The position numbers and the translations under genes are program-made. 64,000 bases of DNA from Octopus sinensis (lineage: Eukaryota). Below the pieces are notes generated by a model. It worked only from the letters and a program-made list of their open reading frames with translations. It was not told the origin of the DNA and made no database searches. This document shows, piece by piece, positions 1 through 13,530 of this stretch (positions are counted from its first letter, which is position 1; every line of letters begins with the position of its first letter). The stretch lies in assembly GCF_006345805.1 (NCBI RefSeq), contig NC_043002.1, positions 29,078,001-29,142,000 of the forward strand, given 5' to 3'.

Positions 1-699
1 GAGAGATGGAGACAGAGAGAGAGAGAGTGAGGGAGAGAAAAAGGGAGAGAGAAAGAGGAGGAGAAAGAGAGAGAAAAGAGGGATGACAGACACAGTGAAA
101 GAGAGGAATGGGTAGTAATGATAGTAACAAAAAAAGAAAGGGATAAATTAGAGTTATCATAAACTTATCAATAGTGAAATCAAACCGAATGATTAATGAA
201 CTGGAGACCACCCCGACCCCCTAAAACGCCCCTCAAACCCCATACCCACCTACAGCTTCCCGCCATTTACTCATCTATTTGGTGAGATTTGAGAATGTCT
301 TCAACCCATGACAGTTGTTACTGAAGTCTTGGTGCATGGAGTGGTGGACGTGGAATGGTTAGGTCGCCGTGTGACGGTGTGGTCATATATATATATATAT
401 ATATGTATGCGTGTGTGTGCTTATGTGTGTTTCTCTGTGTATGTATATATATGTATGTATGAATATATGAGTACATGTATATAGGTACAACTCTCCTTCA
501 CACACACATATCTCTGTATGCTTATACAGGTATGTATGTATGTTTCTCTCTCTCTCTCTCTCTCTCTGTATACACACACACACACATATCAAGTAGAAAG
601 TATTAAACAATGAGATACGGATAGATAGAAAAAGAGAGGCTAGGCGGGGTTGGGGATAGAGTATGTGTGTATGGGAGAGAGAGATAAATAGATAAATAG

Positions 700-713
700 A
701 GAGAGAGAGAGAG

Positions 714-770
<57 letters not shown>
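700..770. repeat. (GA)n/(GAAA)n microsatellite
   Basis: Directly visible tandem GA then GAAA units. Confidence 0.95.
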
Positions 771-771
<1 letters not shown>

Positions 772-1152
772 TGGGAGAGAGGGAAGAAGTAGAAGAATAC
801 AAGATTTGTGAGTAAAAGAGAACTACATGGGCTGAGTGGCTGGGTAAAAAGTTATAGAGTCTTTGCGCGTGTGTGTGTGTGTATGTGTGTCTGTGTGTGT
901 GTGTGTTTGTGTGTGTGTGTGAGAGAGAGAGACAGATAGCGAGCATAAGAAAATGAAAGAGTGATCGATGTGTGTGAAGATGAATATGTTTGCATGTGTA
1001 TGTTCACGATAGTGTGTGTGTGTGTGTGTGTTTATTTGTGTGCGTGTGAATGCAGTAATGTAAGGTGTTACAGATAGCAAGGGAGACAGCTAACTCAATT
1101 AATGTAGGATCATTTATCTAAATAAAAGTTATTGTATTTGCTGCTGTTGAGA

Positions 1153-1199
<47 letters not shown>

Positions 1200-1350
1200 T
1201 AGTAGTAGTAGTGTAGTAGTAGTAGTAGTAGTAGTAGTAGCAGTAGTAGTAATAGTAGCAACGGTGGTGGTGGTGGTAATAGTGGTGGTGGTGGTAATAG
1301 TGGTGGTGATAGTAGTCATGGTGATAGTACTAGTGGAGATGATAATAGAG

Positions 1351-1385
<35 letters not shown>

Positions 1386-1480
1386 TATGGTGACAATAAT
1401 AGTGTTGTTTTTGTGGGTTGTAATAGCAGCAGTTGCAGCAGTAGTTGTTGTAATATTAGTAGCTAATATTGTTGTTTAAT
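1153..1480. repeat. (GTA)n and degenerate GTG/GTA/GTT trinucleotide tract
   Basis: Pure (GTA)n followed by compound triplets; source of the poly-V/T/Y ORFs. Confidence 0.9.
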
Positions 1481-2136
1481 GGTAGTAGTCACTTTTATAA
1501 TATTTGCAATTGTATGTGTAACAACTGCTAACAGTTTTGGTAGAGTCTTCACGAATAAAGGGCAGAGTTTCTGGAAATTATTTATGCTCTGAAACAATAA
1601 AGACTACGAGTAACTTAGTTATGATGAACAATTAAAGCTTTAGGTCCTTACTGGAGCGGTGTCAAAGTTTTAGCCTCATAGGGTATTTTGTTTATTTTGT
1701 TAAATATAACTTACACAAACTAAAGAGTAGAAAAGTCGAAGCAAGAAATACAAACAGGAAAATAAAAACAAAAAAAAAAGAGAAGAAAAATACATGATAT
1801 ATGAATGACGAAAAACGTCCACAGCCATACAAGATTCTACAGGCAGTGTTTCATAATGGTCTCTCGTCCGATACTGAAGAAGGTGAAAAGTTAGGAGAAA
1901 AAGTGAATACGTAATATGTTGGCGTTCCGACCTTCATTTTACGTTTTAAGTAATACTGACGCCCGACTAAACTTGGGGGTCATATCAGATTAATACCACG
2001 CCGTACTGTGGCAAAATTGTTACACACTTCAGCATCACAGATTATTGCCGGATACGTGGCGGTTGGAATTCTTTTTGGAATTTACGTGAATTCAGGCAAA
2101 GGTTCCGGAGTGGTTATGCAAATTCAAGAATAAATA

Positions 2137-2504
2137 ATTTTCTGCTCTAGGCACAAGGCCCTAAATCGACCGCAGTAAGTAACTGGTACTTAATTTATCG
2201 ACCCGGAAAGGATGAAAAGCAAAGTCGACTCGGCGGAATTTGAAATCAGAATGTAACGGCAGACGAAATGCCTATTTCTTTACTACCCACAAGGGGCTAA
2301 ACACAGAGAGGGCAAACAAGGACAGACAAACGGATTAAGTCGATTACATCGACCCCAGTGCATAATTGGTACTTAGTTTATCGACCCCGAAAAGATGAAA
2401 GGCAAAGTCGACCTCGGCAGAATTTGAACTCAGAACGTTGCGACAGACGAAATGCGGCTACGCATTTCACCCGGCGTGCTGACGTTTCTGCCAGCTCGCC
2501 GCCT
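2137..2504 (-). mobile_element. tRNA-derived SINE family B, two nested or overlapping copies
   Basis: Minus strand begins AGGCGGCGAGCTGGCAGAAACGTCAGCAC with B-box-like GAGTTCAAATTC; same body recurs near 11780, 37715, 38380, 39291 and 53620. Confidence 0.8.
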
Positions 2505-2680
2505 AAAACTCAAGAATATATTAATTGAAGTGTGAGAGAAAAAAGTTTCTGGATGTGGAATCCTCATGATTCTACGACTTGAATTCAATCCGCTACAAAT
2601 TTTCCTAAAAGTTGTGGGGAACTAAAGGTTCATCTGAATGAGTTTGTTATTCAGTTTCGTTTAACTATATTTTTACATAT

Positions 2681-3075
2681 AGGCGCGGGCGTGGCTGTAT
2701 GGTATGATGGTTGCTTCCCAACCACATGGTTCTGAGTTCAGTCCCACAGGTGGAAACTTGGATAACTGTCTTCTACTATATCCTGGGGCCGACCAAAGCG
2801 TTGCGAGTGGGAATTGTCAGACGGAAAATGAAGGAATCCCGTAGTATATATATATATACGAGTGTGTTTGTGCCTGTGTATGTCTTTGTGTCTCTGTTTG
2901 TCCCCTCACTATCTCTTCACAACCAATGCTGGTGTGTTTATGCCCCCCGTCGGTAAAAGAGTCCGATGGAATATGTAATAGGCTTAAAAAAACGTAAGTC
3001 ATTTTCTACAACTGGCACCCTTCATGACGGTGTTCCAGCATGGCCGCAGTCAAATTACTGAAACATGTAAAAAAA
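2681..3075 (+). mobile_element. tRNA-derived SINE family A, diverged full copy
   Basis: Head AGGCGCGGGCGTGGCTGTATGG...GAGTTCAGTCCC, internal (TA)/(TG) tract, tail CCAGCATGGCCGCAGTCAAATTACTGAAAC. Confidence 0.8.
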
Positions 3076-3525
3076 TGAAAGAAAAAATTTATCAAGAGAC
3101 GTTTTGGCACAGCCGTTTTGGCGTCACCTATTTGTGATCGCTGATTCAACGCTGACTTATTTGACATCTGATGTTTTAATGTTTCGTCTTAAAGTTTCTC
3201 ATCTTCTCTCTCCTCCTTCTCCCCATCTCACCGATTATGTGTATCAGCATGCGTCTTCTTATACGCATGAGGAGAGGTAAAGTGTGTTATGTCAATCGTA
3301 TTCAATTAATGAATTGCAATTATCCACCCTCTCGCTTTCTCTCATATGTGTGTACGTGCGTGTATGTGTGTGCATATGTTCATGTGTGTCTCTCATTATT
3401 ATCTCTTAGCTACTCCACTATTTTAGAAGCAGACGGACAGAGAAGAGAGTAGAAAGAGAAACAGGTATCGAGATATTAAAGAGAGACCAAAGTAAGAAGA
3501 AAACGTGCAGAGTTTGATATCCTAT

Positions 3526-3855
3526 GGTCAGTTTGATGACTGACCATGGGATAGCGCCTAGGAAGTTACCCTCCCAGGCACAAGTCCGGGCAAGGTTGTT
3601 TATGGAAGACCAGCAGTCGCCCATGCATACCGGCCTCCCCTTTCCACACAACCAGTGTTATCCAAGGGAAAGACAATGGCCGATACAGCTTGGTACCAGT
3701 GACGTCGCAACTCATTTTTACAGCTGAGTGAACTGGAGCAACGTGAAATAAAGTGTCTTGCTCAAGGACACAACACGTAACCCGGTCCGGGATTCAAACT
3801 CACAACCTCACGATCGTAAGCTCGACGTTCTAACCACTGAGACAGGCGACTTCAC
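3526..3855 (-). mobile_element. tRNA-derived SINE family C
   Basis: Reverse complement of the copy at 29307-29632. Confidence 0.85.
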
Positions 3856-3954
3856 CATTACCTATATTCACCTACTAAATTTCTATATCGTTCTAATTAT
3901 GACACTTTCTCATTCTCCATATTTCCGGATCAATAGAGAGAAAGAAAGAGGGAT

Positions 3955-4144
3955 TGCGGCCATGCTGGGGCACCGTTTTTGAAGAATTTTAGTCGAAAGA
4001 ATCGAACCCTGTTCGATTAGTTTTTAAACCCGGTACTTATTCCATCAGTCTCTTTTGCCGAAACGGTTACAGAGACATAAACATAACAACAATGGTTGCC
4101 TCTCTCTCTCTCTCTCTCTCTCTTTCTCACTCTCTCTCTCTCTA

Positions 4145-4175
<31 letters not shown>

Positions 4176-4334
4176 GAGGCTTCTTTCAATTGCTAGCTAC
4201 CATATCTACTCACAATGCATTAGTTGTTCCGAGACTTATAGTAGAAGGCACTCGTCCAAGGTGCCATGCAGTAAGACGGAACACAGACCGATGAGGTTCG
4301 GTAGCAAATTTCTTATCATATAGCCATTCCTGCA
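3955..4334 (-). mobile_element. SINE family A, diverged, with internal (CT)n(CA)n
   Basis: Head and tail match 6883-7331 in reverse complement. Confidence 0.75.
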
Positions 4335-4785
4335 TTCATTTCCAGAGGTTTCTAGAAACTAAGAGCTAAAATTTCATTTCTTTTATGAAACAACGCAGTT
4401 TTCTATCACGAACTTCAATCACAAGCGAAATTCAATATTTAGCTAGATTGCAACTAACTGAAAGCTTTCACTGATCGTCCATACATTTTGGCAAAGAATC
4501 GTCTTTTACATAAAGTAACTCATACTTCAAGTATAAACAATAACGTCGTAACAAGTGCTTCTGAGACGCTTACTGGGTAGATGCAACATTGAATGTCGGC
4601 CAAGGTAATTATAACGCAAAGTAATTGTTTATTGATAAATATATTATAAACAAAAAGTACATTGACATTTGTCATCATATGCACATATAGTGTAACCTCT
4701 GGGAATAGAATCAGGTGTTATAAACCATAAATAACGTATGTGTATGTGTGTGCATGCGTGTGTGTATGCGTGTGCGTGTATATAC

Positions 4786-4822
<37 letters not shown>

Positions 4823-4901
4823 CACATATATAATATATACGCATATATATAATATATATGCATATAATATAGACACACACACGCATCCCTATATATATAT
4901 A

Positions 4902-5100
4902 CCGGAGTAAGCACATAAATGCGAAGCAAGAAAGAAACAAAGAGCACTCAAATACCCGAGGTATGCATTATTTAAAAGCAGCAGAAATATAACAAAAGCT
5001 GTTACTCGGAGTTTCCCGTTCCCGTTCGTTGGACAGTTTTGTTAAAAAAACTTTTTCTTTGTAAGCCTTATTTTGTTGAAATTCTGAGTAACAGCTTTTG
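4902..5100 (-). mobile_element. (TA)n-anchored hammerhead-bearing short repeat, family H1
   Basis: Starts CCGGAGTAA straight after (TA)n, as at 52653 and 61057; hammerhead-like fold on minus strand at 4991-5043; partial inverted arm at 5078-5100. Confidence 0.7.
4991..5043 (-). ncRNA. Degenerate type-I hammerhead ribozyme motif (H1)
   Basis: AACAAAACTGT-CCAACGA-ACG GGAA CGG-GAAA-CTCCGAG-TA-ACAGCTTTTGTT; stem I intact, core mutated relative to CUGANGA. Confidence 0.5.
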
Positions 5101-5300
5101 GTGAGAGAGTTGGTATGTGAAAGCACGTTGTTGGATGTATAAAGACAAAGTAGAGTGAAAAAAATGTAGAAGGCTTGTGTTATATGGTTAAAAAATCGTT
5201 GTTAGAAAAATATAAAATTTTGTCTCCAAAAATAGTGTCTATACGCAAGATTTTATAACATTTTTCTAACATAACGATTTGTATATATATATATATATAT

Positions 5301-5359
<59 letters not shown>

Positions 5360-5681
5360 CATATATATATATATATATATACACATACATATACATATAA
5401 AGATATATATATATATATATGTATACATATATATCCATACGCACACATATATACATACATATACATGTATAAATGCACATATGTATATATGTGTGTGTGT
5501 GTGTATCTATATATCTATTTATCTATCTATCTATTAGTCTGTCTGTCTTTCTGCCTGTCTGTCTGTCTCTCTTTCTTTACGCATACACACACACACACGT
5601 ATAGAAACGCATATAAAGAGACATAGAAGGATAGGTAAACTTGCAGATAGGCAGGTAGGCAAACATAAATATATAATATAC

Positions 5682-5850
5682 AGGGTTGGTGTGTTTACGT
5701 CCCCGTAACTTTGCAGTTCAGTAAAAGAGACCGATAGAATAAGTACTAGGCTTACAAAGAATAAGTTCTGGCGTCGATTTGTTCGACTAAAGATGGTGCT
5801 CCAGCAGTGCAGCGGTCAAATGACTGAAACAAATTAAAAAATAAAAGAAT
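5682..5850 (+). mobile_element. SINE family A 3' half
   Basis: GGTGTGTTTACGTCCCCGTAAC...GACTGAAACAA. Confidence 0.8.
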
Positions 5851-6190
5851 ATAGCATAATATATATTATATTGAGTGCAGCAATGTGAAATTCCCTCTTT
5901 TACAAAAAGTTAATCACATAAGATTGACCACTGAAAATGTGATTACAGTGGCCGTGCTCCAGCATGGCGGCAGTCAAATGACCGAAACACGTAAAGGAAT
6001 AAAAGAATGAAAGAAGATATATACAACATAGAAAATCGTAGAATTAGCCAAAAGCGGTTTAGTAAGATATCAGTGAGCGACTTGTTTAGGCTAACATCTA
6101 CAATCATTGAAATATTCACGTCTGTACAGCCAGTATGTTTATTATGTATGTTCTGACCACAATGTTTAGTAATTAACTCTCTCTCTCTCT

Positions 6191-6331
6191 CTCTTTTACT
6201 CTTTTACTAGTTTCAGTCGTTTGACTGCGGACATGCTGGAGTATAGCCTTTAGTCGAGCAAATCGGTTGTTAAGCGATGTTGTGTGTGTGTGTGGGGGGG
6301 GGTAAACACAGACACACAAACACACACACAT

Positions 6332-6365
<34 letters not shown>

Positions 6366-6540
6366 GCACATATATATGACGGGCTTCTTTCAGTTTCCGT
6401 CTACCAAATCCACTTACAAGGCCTTGGTCGGCCCGAGGTTATAGTAGAAGACACTTGCCCAAGGTGCCACGCAGTAGGACTGAACTCGGAACCATGTGGT
6501 TGGCAAGGAAGCTACTTACCACACAGCCACTCCTACGCCT
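6191..6540 (-). mobile_element. SINE family A, near full copy
   Basis: Reverse complement of 6883-7331 with internal (TG)/(CA)/(TA) tract. Confidence 0.85.
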
Positions 6541-6651
6541 GGTGAATTTTGTTTCCTGCTTTTCAGGTTGTTGGATGGCTGGTATCCAAATCATTACGGT
6601 GGTGGTGGTGCTGGTGTAATATTGGTAGTGGTTGTAATGTGAAAGTGGTAG

Positions 6652-6682
6652 TACCAGGGGGTACTGAAAAGTTCCTGGCTTT
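6652..6682 (+). mobile_element. Solo mariner-type terminal inverted repeat
   Basis: TACCAGGGGGTACTGAAAAGTTCCTGGCTTT matches the TIR of the MITE at 32662-32845. Confidence 0.6.
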
Positions 6683-6882
6683 AACAATGTTACGAAAGGG
6701 CTGGTTGAAGGTCCAACCTTTGGAGTTCTTTTACATGGGAGGGGAGGCTTAGAAAAGCCAAATATGTGAATCTGAGAGGGGAATATGTTAAATAAATCAT
6801 AGGTAACCGGTCCGTTTGTATTTTCTTTTACCCAAACCCAAGATATTTTCAGCGCCCACTCGTATTGTCAGTAGTAATACAT

Positions 6883-7045
6883 AGGCGTAGGAGCGGCTGT
6901 GTGATAAGTAGCTTGCTTACGAACCACATGGTTCCGGGTTCATTCCCACTGCGTGGCACCTTGGGCAAGTATCTTCTACTATAGCCTCGGGCCAACCGAA
7001 GTCTTGTGAGTGGATTTGGTAGACGGAAACTGAAAGAAATTCGTC

Positions 7046-7092
<47 letters not shown>

Positions 7093-7331
7093 ATATACAT
7101 ATACATATATAATATATTTGTGTGTATGTGTGTGTATGTGTGTGTGTGCTTGTGTGTTTGTCCCCCCAAATATCGCTTGACAACCGACGCTGGTGTGTTT
7201 ACGTCCCCGTAACTTAGCGGTTCGGCAAAAGACACCGACAGAACAAGTCCTAGGGTCGATTTGCTCGACTAAAGGCGGTGCTCCCGCATGGCCACAGTAA
7301 AATGACTGAAACAAGTAAAAGAGTAAAAGAG
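6883..7331 (+). mobile_element. SINE family A, full-length reference copy
   Basis: tRNA-like head (TGTGATAAGTAGC...GGGTTCATTCCC), central CTTGGGCAAGT block, internal (TA)n(TG)n, tail ending in (GTAAAAGA)2. Confidence 0.9.
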
Positions 7332-7369
7332 TGTTGTGAAAAATTGTAATTGCGTTCACTGTGATAGTA

Positions 7370-8090
7370 ATGTGTTGGCTGCAGTACTAGTACTGCTGTT
7401 GGTGTGGTGGTGGTGGTGATGGTGGTGGTGGTGGTGGTAACGTTAGTAATAGTACAAGTGGTAGTGGCGTTGGTTATGTTAATGATTGCTGTGACTGTAT
7501 CGGTTTAGATCAAAGAGGCTCTGGTTGTGGTAGTTGTGGTGCTTGTGGCGATGGCAGTGGTGTCGCTGCAACTGATACTGTTATTGTGTTGGGGGTAGTA
7601 TAAGGTGCAGTGGTGTTGGTAATGCTGATGGTAGTAATTACGCTGGTTGTGATAGCAGAGCTGCTAATAGTGGTGATTGTGGCTGTGGTGGTAGTGGTGG
7701 GGTTGGTGCTACTGTTAACATTGCAGTGGTGGTAGTAGTGCTGATGTGAGTATAGAGTAAATGGTGATAGTGATTGTGGTGTTTGTTATAGCAGTGTCGT
7801 TAGTTTTGGTAGTCGTTGTATAAGTCGTAACGATAGAGATTGTTGTAGAAGAGGCGGTAGTACTGGTAATGTTGTGTTGGTGTTGCTTGTAGTGTAAGTG
7901 TTGATTTTGTTGGATGTGGTGGTGGTGGATGTGGTGGTGACGGTATTTTTGCTAGTATTAGTGATGGCAGTGATATTGTTAGTAAGGCAGTGGTAGTGTT
8001 GTTATTGTTGTTGTTGTTGCTGTTGTTGTTGTTGTTGTTGTTGGTCGTGGTGGTGGTGGTAGCGGTAGAGGTAGTAGTGATGAGTAAGGC
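7370..8090. repeat. Degenerate G/T-rich trinucleotide low-complexity tract
   Basis: GTG/GTA/GTT triplet periodicity. Confidence 0.85.
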
Positions 8091-8540
8091 AGTAGGCTGG
8101 CAGAAATGTTTGTCTGTCCTTGATTGTCCCCTCTATGTTTAGCCCATTGTGGGCAATAAAGAAATAAGAAACGTTAGCACGTCGGGCAAAATGCTTAACG
8201 GAATTCATACAGGTTTTCTAGTTTGGTTCGTTTCTACTCGTGTTGATATGTTAATTATCTGTGATGTAAACTGAAGCAAGTTAATCAATTTAGTCTCCTA
8301 AAAAGCCGCGACTTGTTAATTTCATAATCATTATGGGTGCATATTTTTTATTGTCGTTGTTATCAACGTAAATGTTGACGTCATCTTCGTTGTTGTCGTA
8401 GTTGTCATTGTTTTTGTTGTTGTTTAGCGTCAGGTTTGCCCTGATCGAACAGGCTTATGAATAAGTATATTCCAGCCTTGACCGTCCAGTCCTTTTCGTT
8501 TGTTTTTTTTTTTAATTTCGCTTTGTATATTTAGTACTGT

Positions 8541-8810
8541 GTGGAGGCACATGGCCTAGTGGTTAGAGCAGTGGACTCGCGGTCGAGGGATCACGGGTTC
8601 GAATCTCAGACCGGGTGATGTGTGTGTTTATGAGCGAAACGCCTAAGCTGCTCCGGAAGGTAATGGCGAACTTCTGCTGACCCTTTCGCCACAACTTTTT
8701 CTCACTCTTTCTTCCTGCATTTTTCAGCCCACCTGTGACGGACCTATACGCCAAGGAAACCGGGAAACCGGCCCTTATGAGCCAGGCGTGACTCGAGAAG
8801 GAACAAACAA
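8541..8810 (+). mobile_element. tRNA-derived SINE family D
   Basis: A-box TGGCCTAGTGG, B-box GGTTCGAATC; related reverse copy at 31075-31378. Confidence 0.8.
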
Positions 8811-9324
8811 TCTAGTACTTTCGTTTGCAATATTTTTGCATGTTGGACCATATTTTGAAAGGTCAGTGGGCTAATAATGAACACAAGGACTGGTTCTATT
8901 TCACTTCTTTATATGTCAATTGGTTACCCATTTAACCAATCGAATGCTTAGTAAATCGTTCGGCCATTCAATCAATGAACTTTGTAACAATTCATAACCA
9001 TTCGCGACCTCATCTCAAACTTAGATTACAGAAGGCATATAATTCATGAGGTCTTGAATGACGTCGAAAGTACTCTGACAAAGTAACTAATTGATTGATT
9101 GAACAATTAATCAGACAATGGATTAGGTAACTGGTTTAATGATTAACTAATTAACTGATAAAAATAAAGAAGTCAAATAGAACGAGTGCGTGTGTTTATT
9201 GTTGGCATATGACCCTCTCGCGATATAACAAAATGGTACTTTATTGTTCATACTTTTAAATGAGTAGGAAGTTCATTTATATACATTTTACTGCTTGTAA
9301 GCTAGAAAGTAGAACGAAACAAGA

Positions 9325-9727
<403 letters not shown>

Positions 9728-10498
9728 CGTATGTTAGTATCACATTCATGATTTTAGAATACGACTGGTTAAATAACAATAAACGCTAATGTATAAAACG
9801 AAAATAAAATGATCACTCTGTCTCTGTCTCTCTCTCTATCCTTCTATCTCTCTCTCTCTCTTTCTCGCTCTTCTTCTCTTTCTCCATATATACAAATACA
9901 CACACCAACACAGACACACACATATATCAACACACCAACACACACACAATCATTAACAGTACAGGTACACACTCTAACACATATATAGATAGATAATTTT
10001 TTTTTTAAAAAAACATAATACCCTCATTTTCTTAAGTGATATCTGACGTAAAATTTTAAAATTATGTGCAGGGAATGGCTGAAGGATACATGAAATAGGA
10101 ATTAATCTGTCTAAGACATCATAACTTCTGGTGTGGAATCTTTAGAACATGTCTTACTGTCTCAATAGGTTTTGTTTTTGTTAGTTTTTGTCTGCGTTAT
10201 ATATATATATTTTTTTATATATATATATAAAGGGTGTTAGTGAAGAAAATTTACACATATTTAAACATAAGTAGAATTTGAAAATCGACATAATATGTAA
10301 AATACATGTGTGTGTTTGTGTTCTTTTGTGTGGGCGCGTGCGCGTGTGTATGTGTAATGCTATGCACACTTATACACGTATGCATAGACATAGAATATAC
10401 ACACGTACGTTGTATTATATCTCTTATGTTGTATGTATATTTCGAAAAGTCTTTAGATGTACAACATTCAATTCATGATTATGCGTGCATACGTGCGC

Positions 10499-10563
<65 letters not shown>

Positions 10564-10758
10564 TGTGTGTATGTGTGTGTGTACGTGTGTGAGTATGTGT
10601 GTGTGTCTACGTATGCATATCCCATAACTTATTGAGTCCACTTTTCAATCTTCCTCTGTCTCACCCACTCTCTCGTCCACGTATATATTCTTTATTTTTA
10701 TTCATTTCTATATATAAGATATATATGATATATATATACATAAAGTACTTTGATATAT

Positions 10759-10795
<37 letters not shown>

Positions 10796-11779
10796 CTATA
10801 TATATATAAATATATATATAGAGTCTATGTATTATGTTTATGTATATACGCAAATGTACGTATACATGCATATATATACATGGTGGTATATATATATACA
10901 CAATCATATATGCATATACACACCAACATACAGAAATACATAGAGATGATGAGAGAAAAACTGTAATTCATTAGAAAGAAGTCACAGAAATACCAAGTTC
11001 CGTCAAGGAATGTATATAATTTAATGGATAAAATTTTTGAAATTAAAGATTTCATGAATGATTGTAGCTGGCAGTGTGAAATAAAGTGAAGGTCTCTTTT
11101 CTTCAATTGAGATTTTTTAAAATATGATCTAATTATTTTTTTTCTTGTTATTATCATGTCACCATCTTGAATCCATAGTTTGGTAACTAATTGCTAAAAA
11201 ATAAAAATGAGACGGAAATATCAGCGCATTTTTGAAAACTTTTGTTATCATTGTAAAATGCTGATCTGTGTTGTGCGTTTTCTTCATATTTGACAGAATT
11301 TCTGAGCGTCACATGAGTAAATTTGTGAAAATCTTTGCTGACTGATAGGAATAAAAAGATGAGTGAGGAATTTTTCTTGAATGCCTAAAGCGAGATACAG
11401 TTCTCTTGGTGAGATATTCTGCATTACACTGCAGAATATCTCACCAATTTATGGATGTATGAAGATTTATTTAGGCATTTAGACATACATAGTTAAATTT
11501 AGCAATATAAAAATATATACGCACAATGATACAAACACATTTCGGTACTCTGAGAGAGAACATACGCATCCTTTGTACTGAACCAATACACATAGAAGAA
11601 CACATATTAACGACATACATATATACACACGCATACACACACCACACACGCGCACACACACACACACACACACACACATACATACATACATACACACACA
11701 ATGTATGAGACACCGCTAATTATTCTAGTCGGAATGTTCACGATTCTACTAGCTTATCGCTTTCTTCATAATAATGATA

Positions 11780-11884
11780 ATGCTTTCAAATTTTGGTACA
11801 AGGCCAGCAAGTCGATTACATCGTCCCCCACTGCTCAACTGGTACCTATTTAATCGACCCGAAAGGATGAATTGCAAAGTCGAA
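11780..11884 (-). mobile_element. SINE family B fragment
   Basis: CAACTGGTAC...ATCGACCCGAAAGGATGAA block shared with 2137-2504. Confidence 0.7.
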
Positions 11885-11892
11885 TAGCAGAA

Positions 11893-12021
11893 CACGTTCC
11901 TGGAACGATGCATTGCCTCAAGTGGACAATACTTTGAAGGTGATAAAAGTATAAACATGTAAAACTAAGCGAGGGAAATAAAATTGCAAAATTCCGGTTT
12001 CTTTTGGGTAACCCCTCGTAT
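11893..12021 (+). mobile_element. Mariner transposon 3' end: transposase C-terminus plus right TIR
   Basis: Translates W(fs)RCIASSGQYFEGDKSINM*, like mariner RWEKCIASNGEYFEG; TIR reverse complement TACGAGGGGTTACCCAAAAGAAACCGG ending in TA. Confidence 0.75.
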
Positions 12022-13135
12022 AACATTGGTAACAAATGCATTTTCCACCTCTGTCTGACCTTGGATATTCTCTATTCAACTCATTTCTGGACAAGACTGG
12101 CTACATTGCTCTAATCTAGCCCTAGTTACAATCTACCAAGAGAGCTGGAGCGAATGATACTGCTCGCATTTAAACAAATCTTCAGTTCAACGCCTAACAG
12201 CACTTATTGATAGCATGAACTGGCTTCTCCAGGTACCAACCTGCAAATACTTATTAGATTTTACTCCTAGCCGAATCTCATGTTCAGTTTCAGTGGTTCA
12301 GACCAGCCCGATTTTCGGGGTTTTCGACATCGTCTGCATATGTTAACACACCTCTCCGCATCCTAATGCAAAGGAATGCTTCAACAACTCCCGTTCTTGC
12401 AGTATTGACACCTCTTTAGAAGGTCAGGTGCATGGTCTGAAACTGTTTAGATACGTGGACATTTACCCTGACCACCAAGCAGATGCCGTTATGCACTGAT
12501 GCAAGCAGTCTCTGAAAGGGACTGAAACCAGTTGCTTTGAAACTAACCGTCAAGTAAAGATGGCCAGCCATAGAGAAAGTTTTCAGTTGATTTAAACTGA
12601 TCAGCAAACCATCGATGTTTGGTTTACTATCTTTCTCTCTAAGATATGTTGCATGGGTTGGAAGTTGTAGTGGGACAGCGAAGGACTTCGCTTTCTCAAC
12701 ATGCCCTTAATGACAACGCTCAACCTCTTAACTAGTACCTTGACCAAAATCTTAATCTCATCTTTTAAGAAAGTTATAAGTTGGAAATTATGTATTACAC
12801 TTTCCTTATTCATGTCTTCCCTCAATGAAGCCGCCTCTTCTAGGCTTACAAAACTGAGAATGTTCTCGATCTTTTTCCAGCTGTACAAGACGTCTGCTGT
12901 GATGTCAGCAAACAAGTTTTTCAGCTCATCGAGCAGACCATCTAAACTAACGGTTTGCGCCACATACGAACACATATCGCATCCCTTATCTCGACTGACA
13001 CCATTTTTCACGAGAGTGGCGACAGAATGTATTGGTGAATACTAAAGTCTATAAGTATCACTTTTCCACCATTAGCTGTCCAACTCATTGAGCGAATGCG
13101 CCGGACGAAAACTGCACACACTTGTTTGGAATCAA
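12022..13135 (-). pseudogene. Decayed L1/Tx1-clade LINE reverse transcriptase fragment
   Basis: Across frameshifts: SLDGLLDEL, HNFQLITFLKDEIKILVKVLVKRL (cf. NFRPITLLNxDxKILAKVLAKRL), LISLNQLKTFSMAGHLYL (cf. LDQSKAFDRVDH), and YADD at 12329-12340. Confidence 0.85.
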
Positions 13136-13220
13136 ATTTAGATCGCATTATTTAAATCTCGTCTATTCTTAGCAACTTAAATGTAATTTCACATTATATC
13201 AACGTGTGTTCATATTAGCT

Positions 13221-13530
13221 TTTATTTATTTCCGTCAATTGACTTTGCCAATGCTGGGGCACTGCCTTGAAGAGTTTTAGTGGAACAAATCGACCCAAGG
13301 ACTTATTATATTTTAAAGCGGTAGATAAACATAGCCACACAGACACAGACAGACACACACACACACACACAAACACACAACGGGTTTCTTTCAGTTTTCG
13401 TATACGAAATTCACTCACAAGATATTAGTCGACCCAAAGCTATTGCAGAAGACACTTGTCCAAGGTACCATGCAATGAGACTGAACCAAGAATCATGTGT
13501 TTGAGAAGCAAGTTTCTTACCACATAGCCG
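13221..13530 (-). mobile_element. SINE family A, diverged
   Basis: Head and tail match family A in reverse complement. Confidence 0.75.

Noticed and set aside
12601-13011. 136-aa ORF as a host gene
   Set aside because: It is one frame of a frameshifted LINE RT fossil
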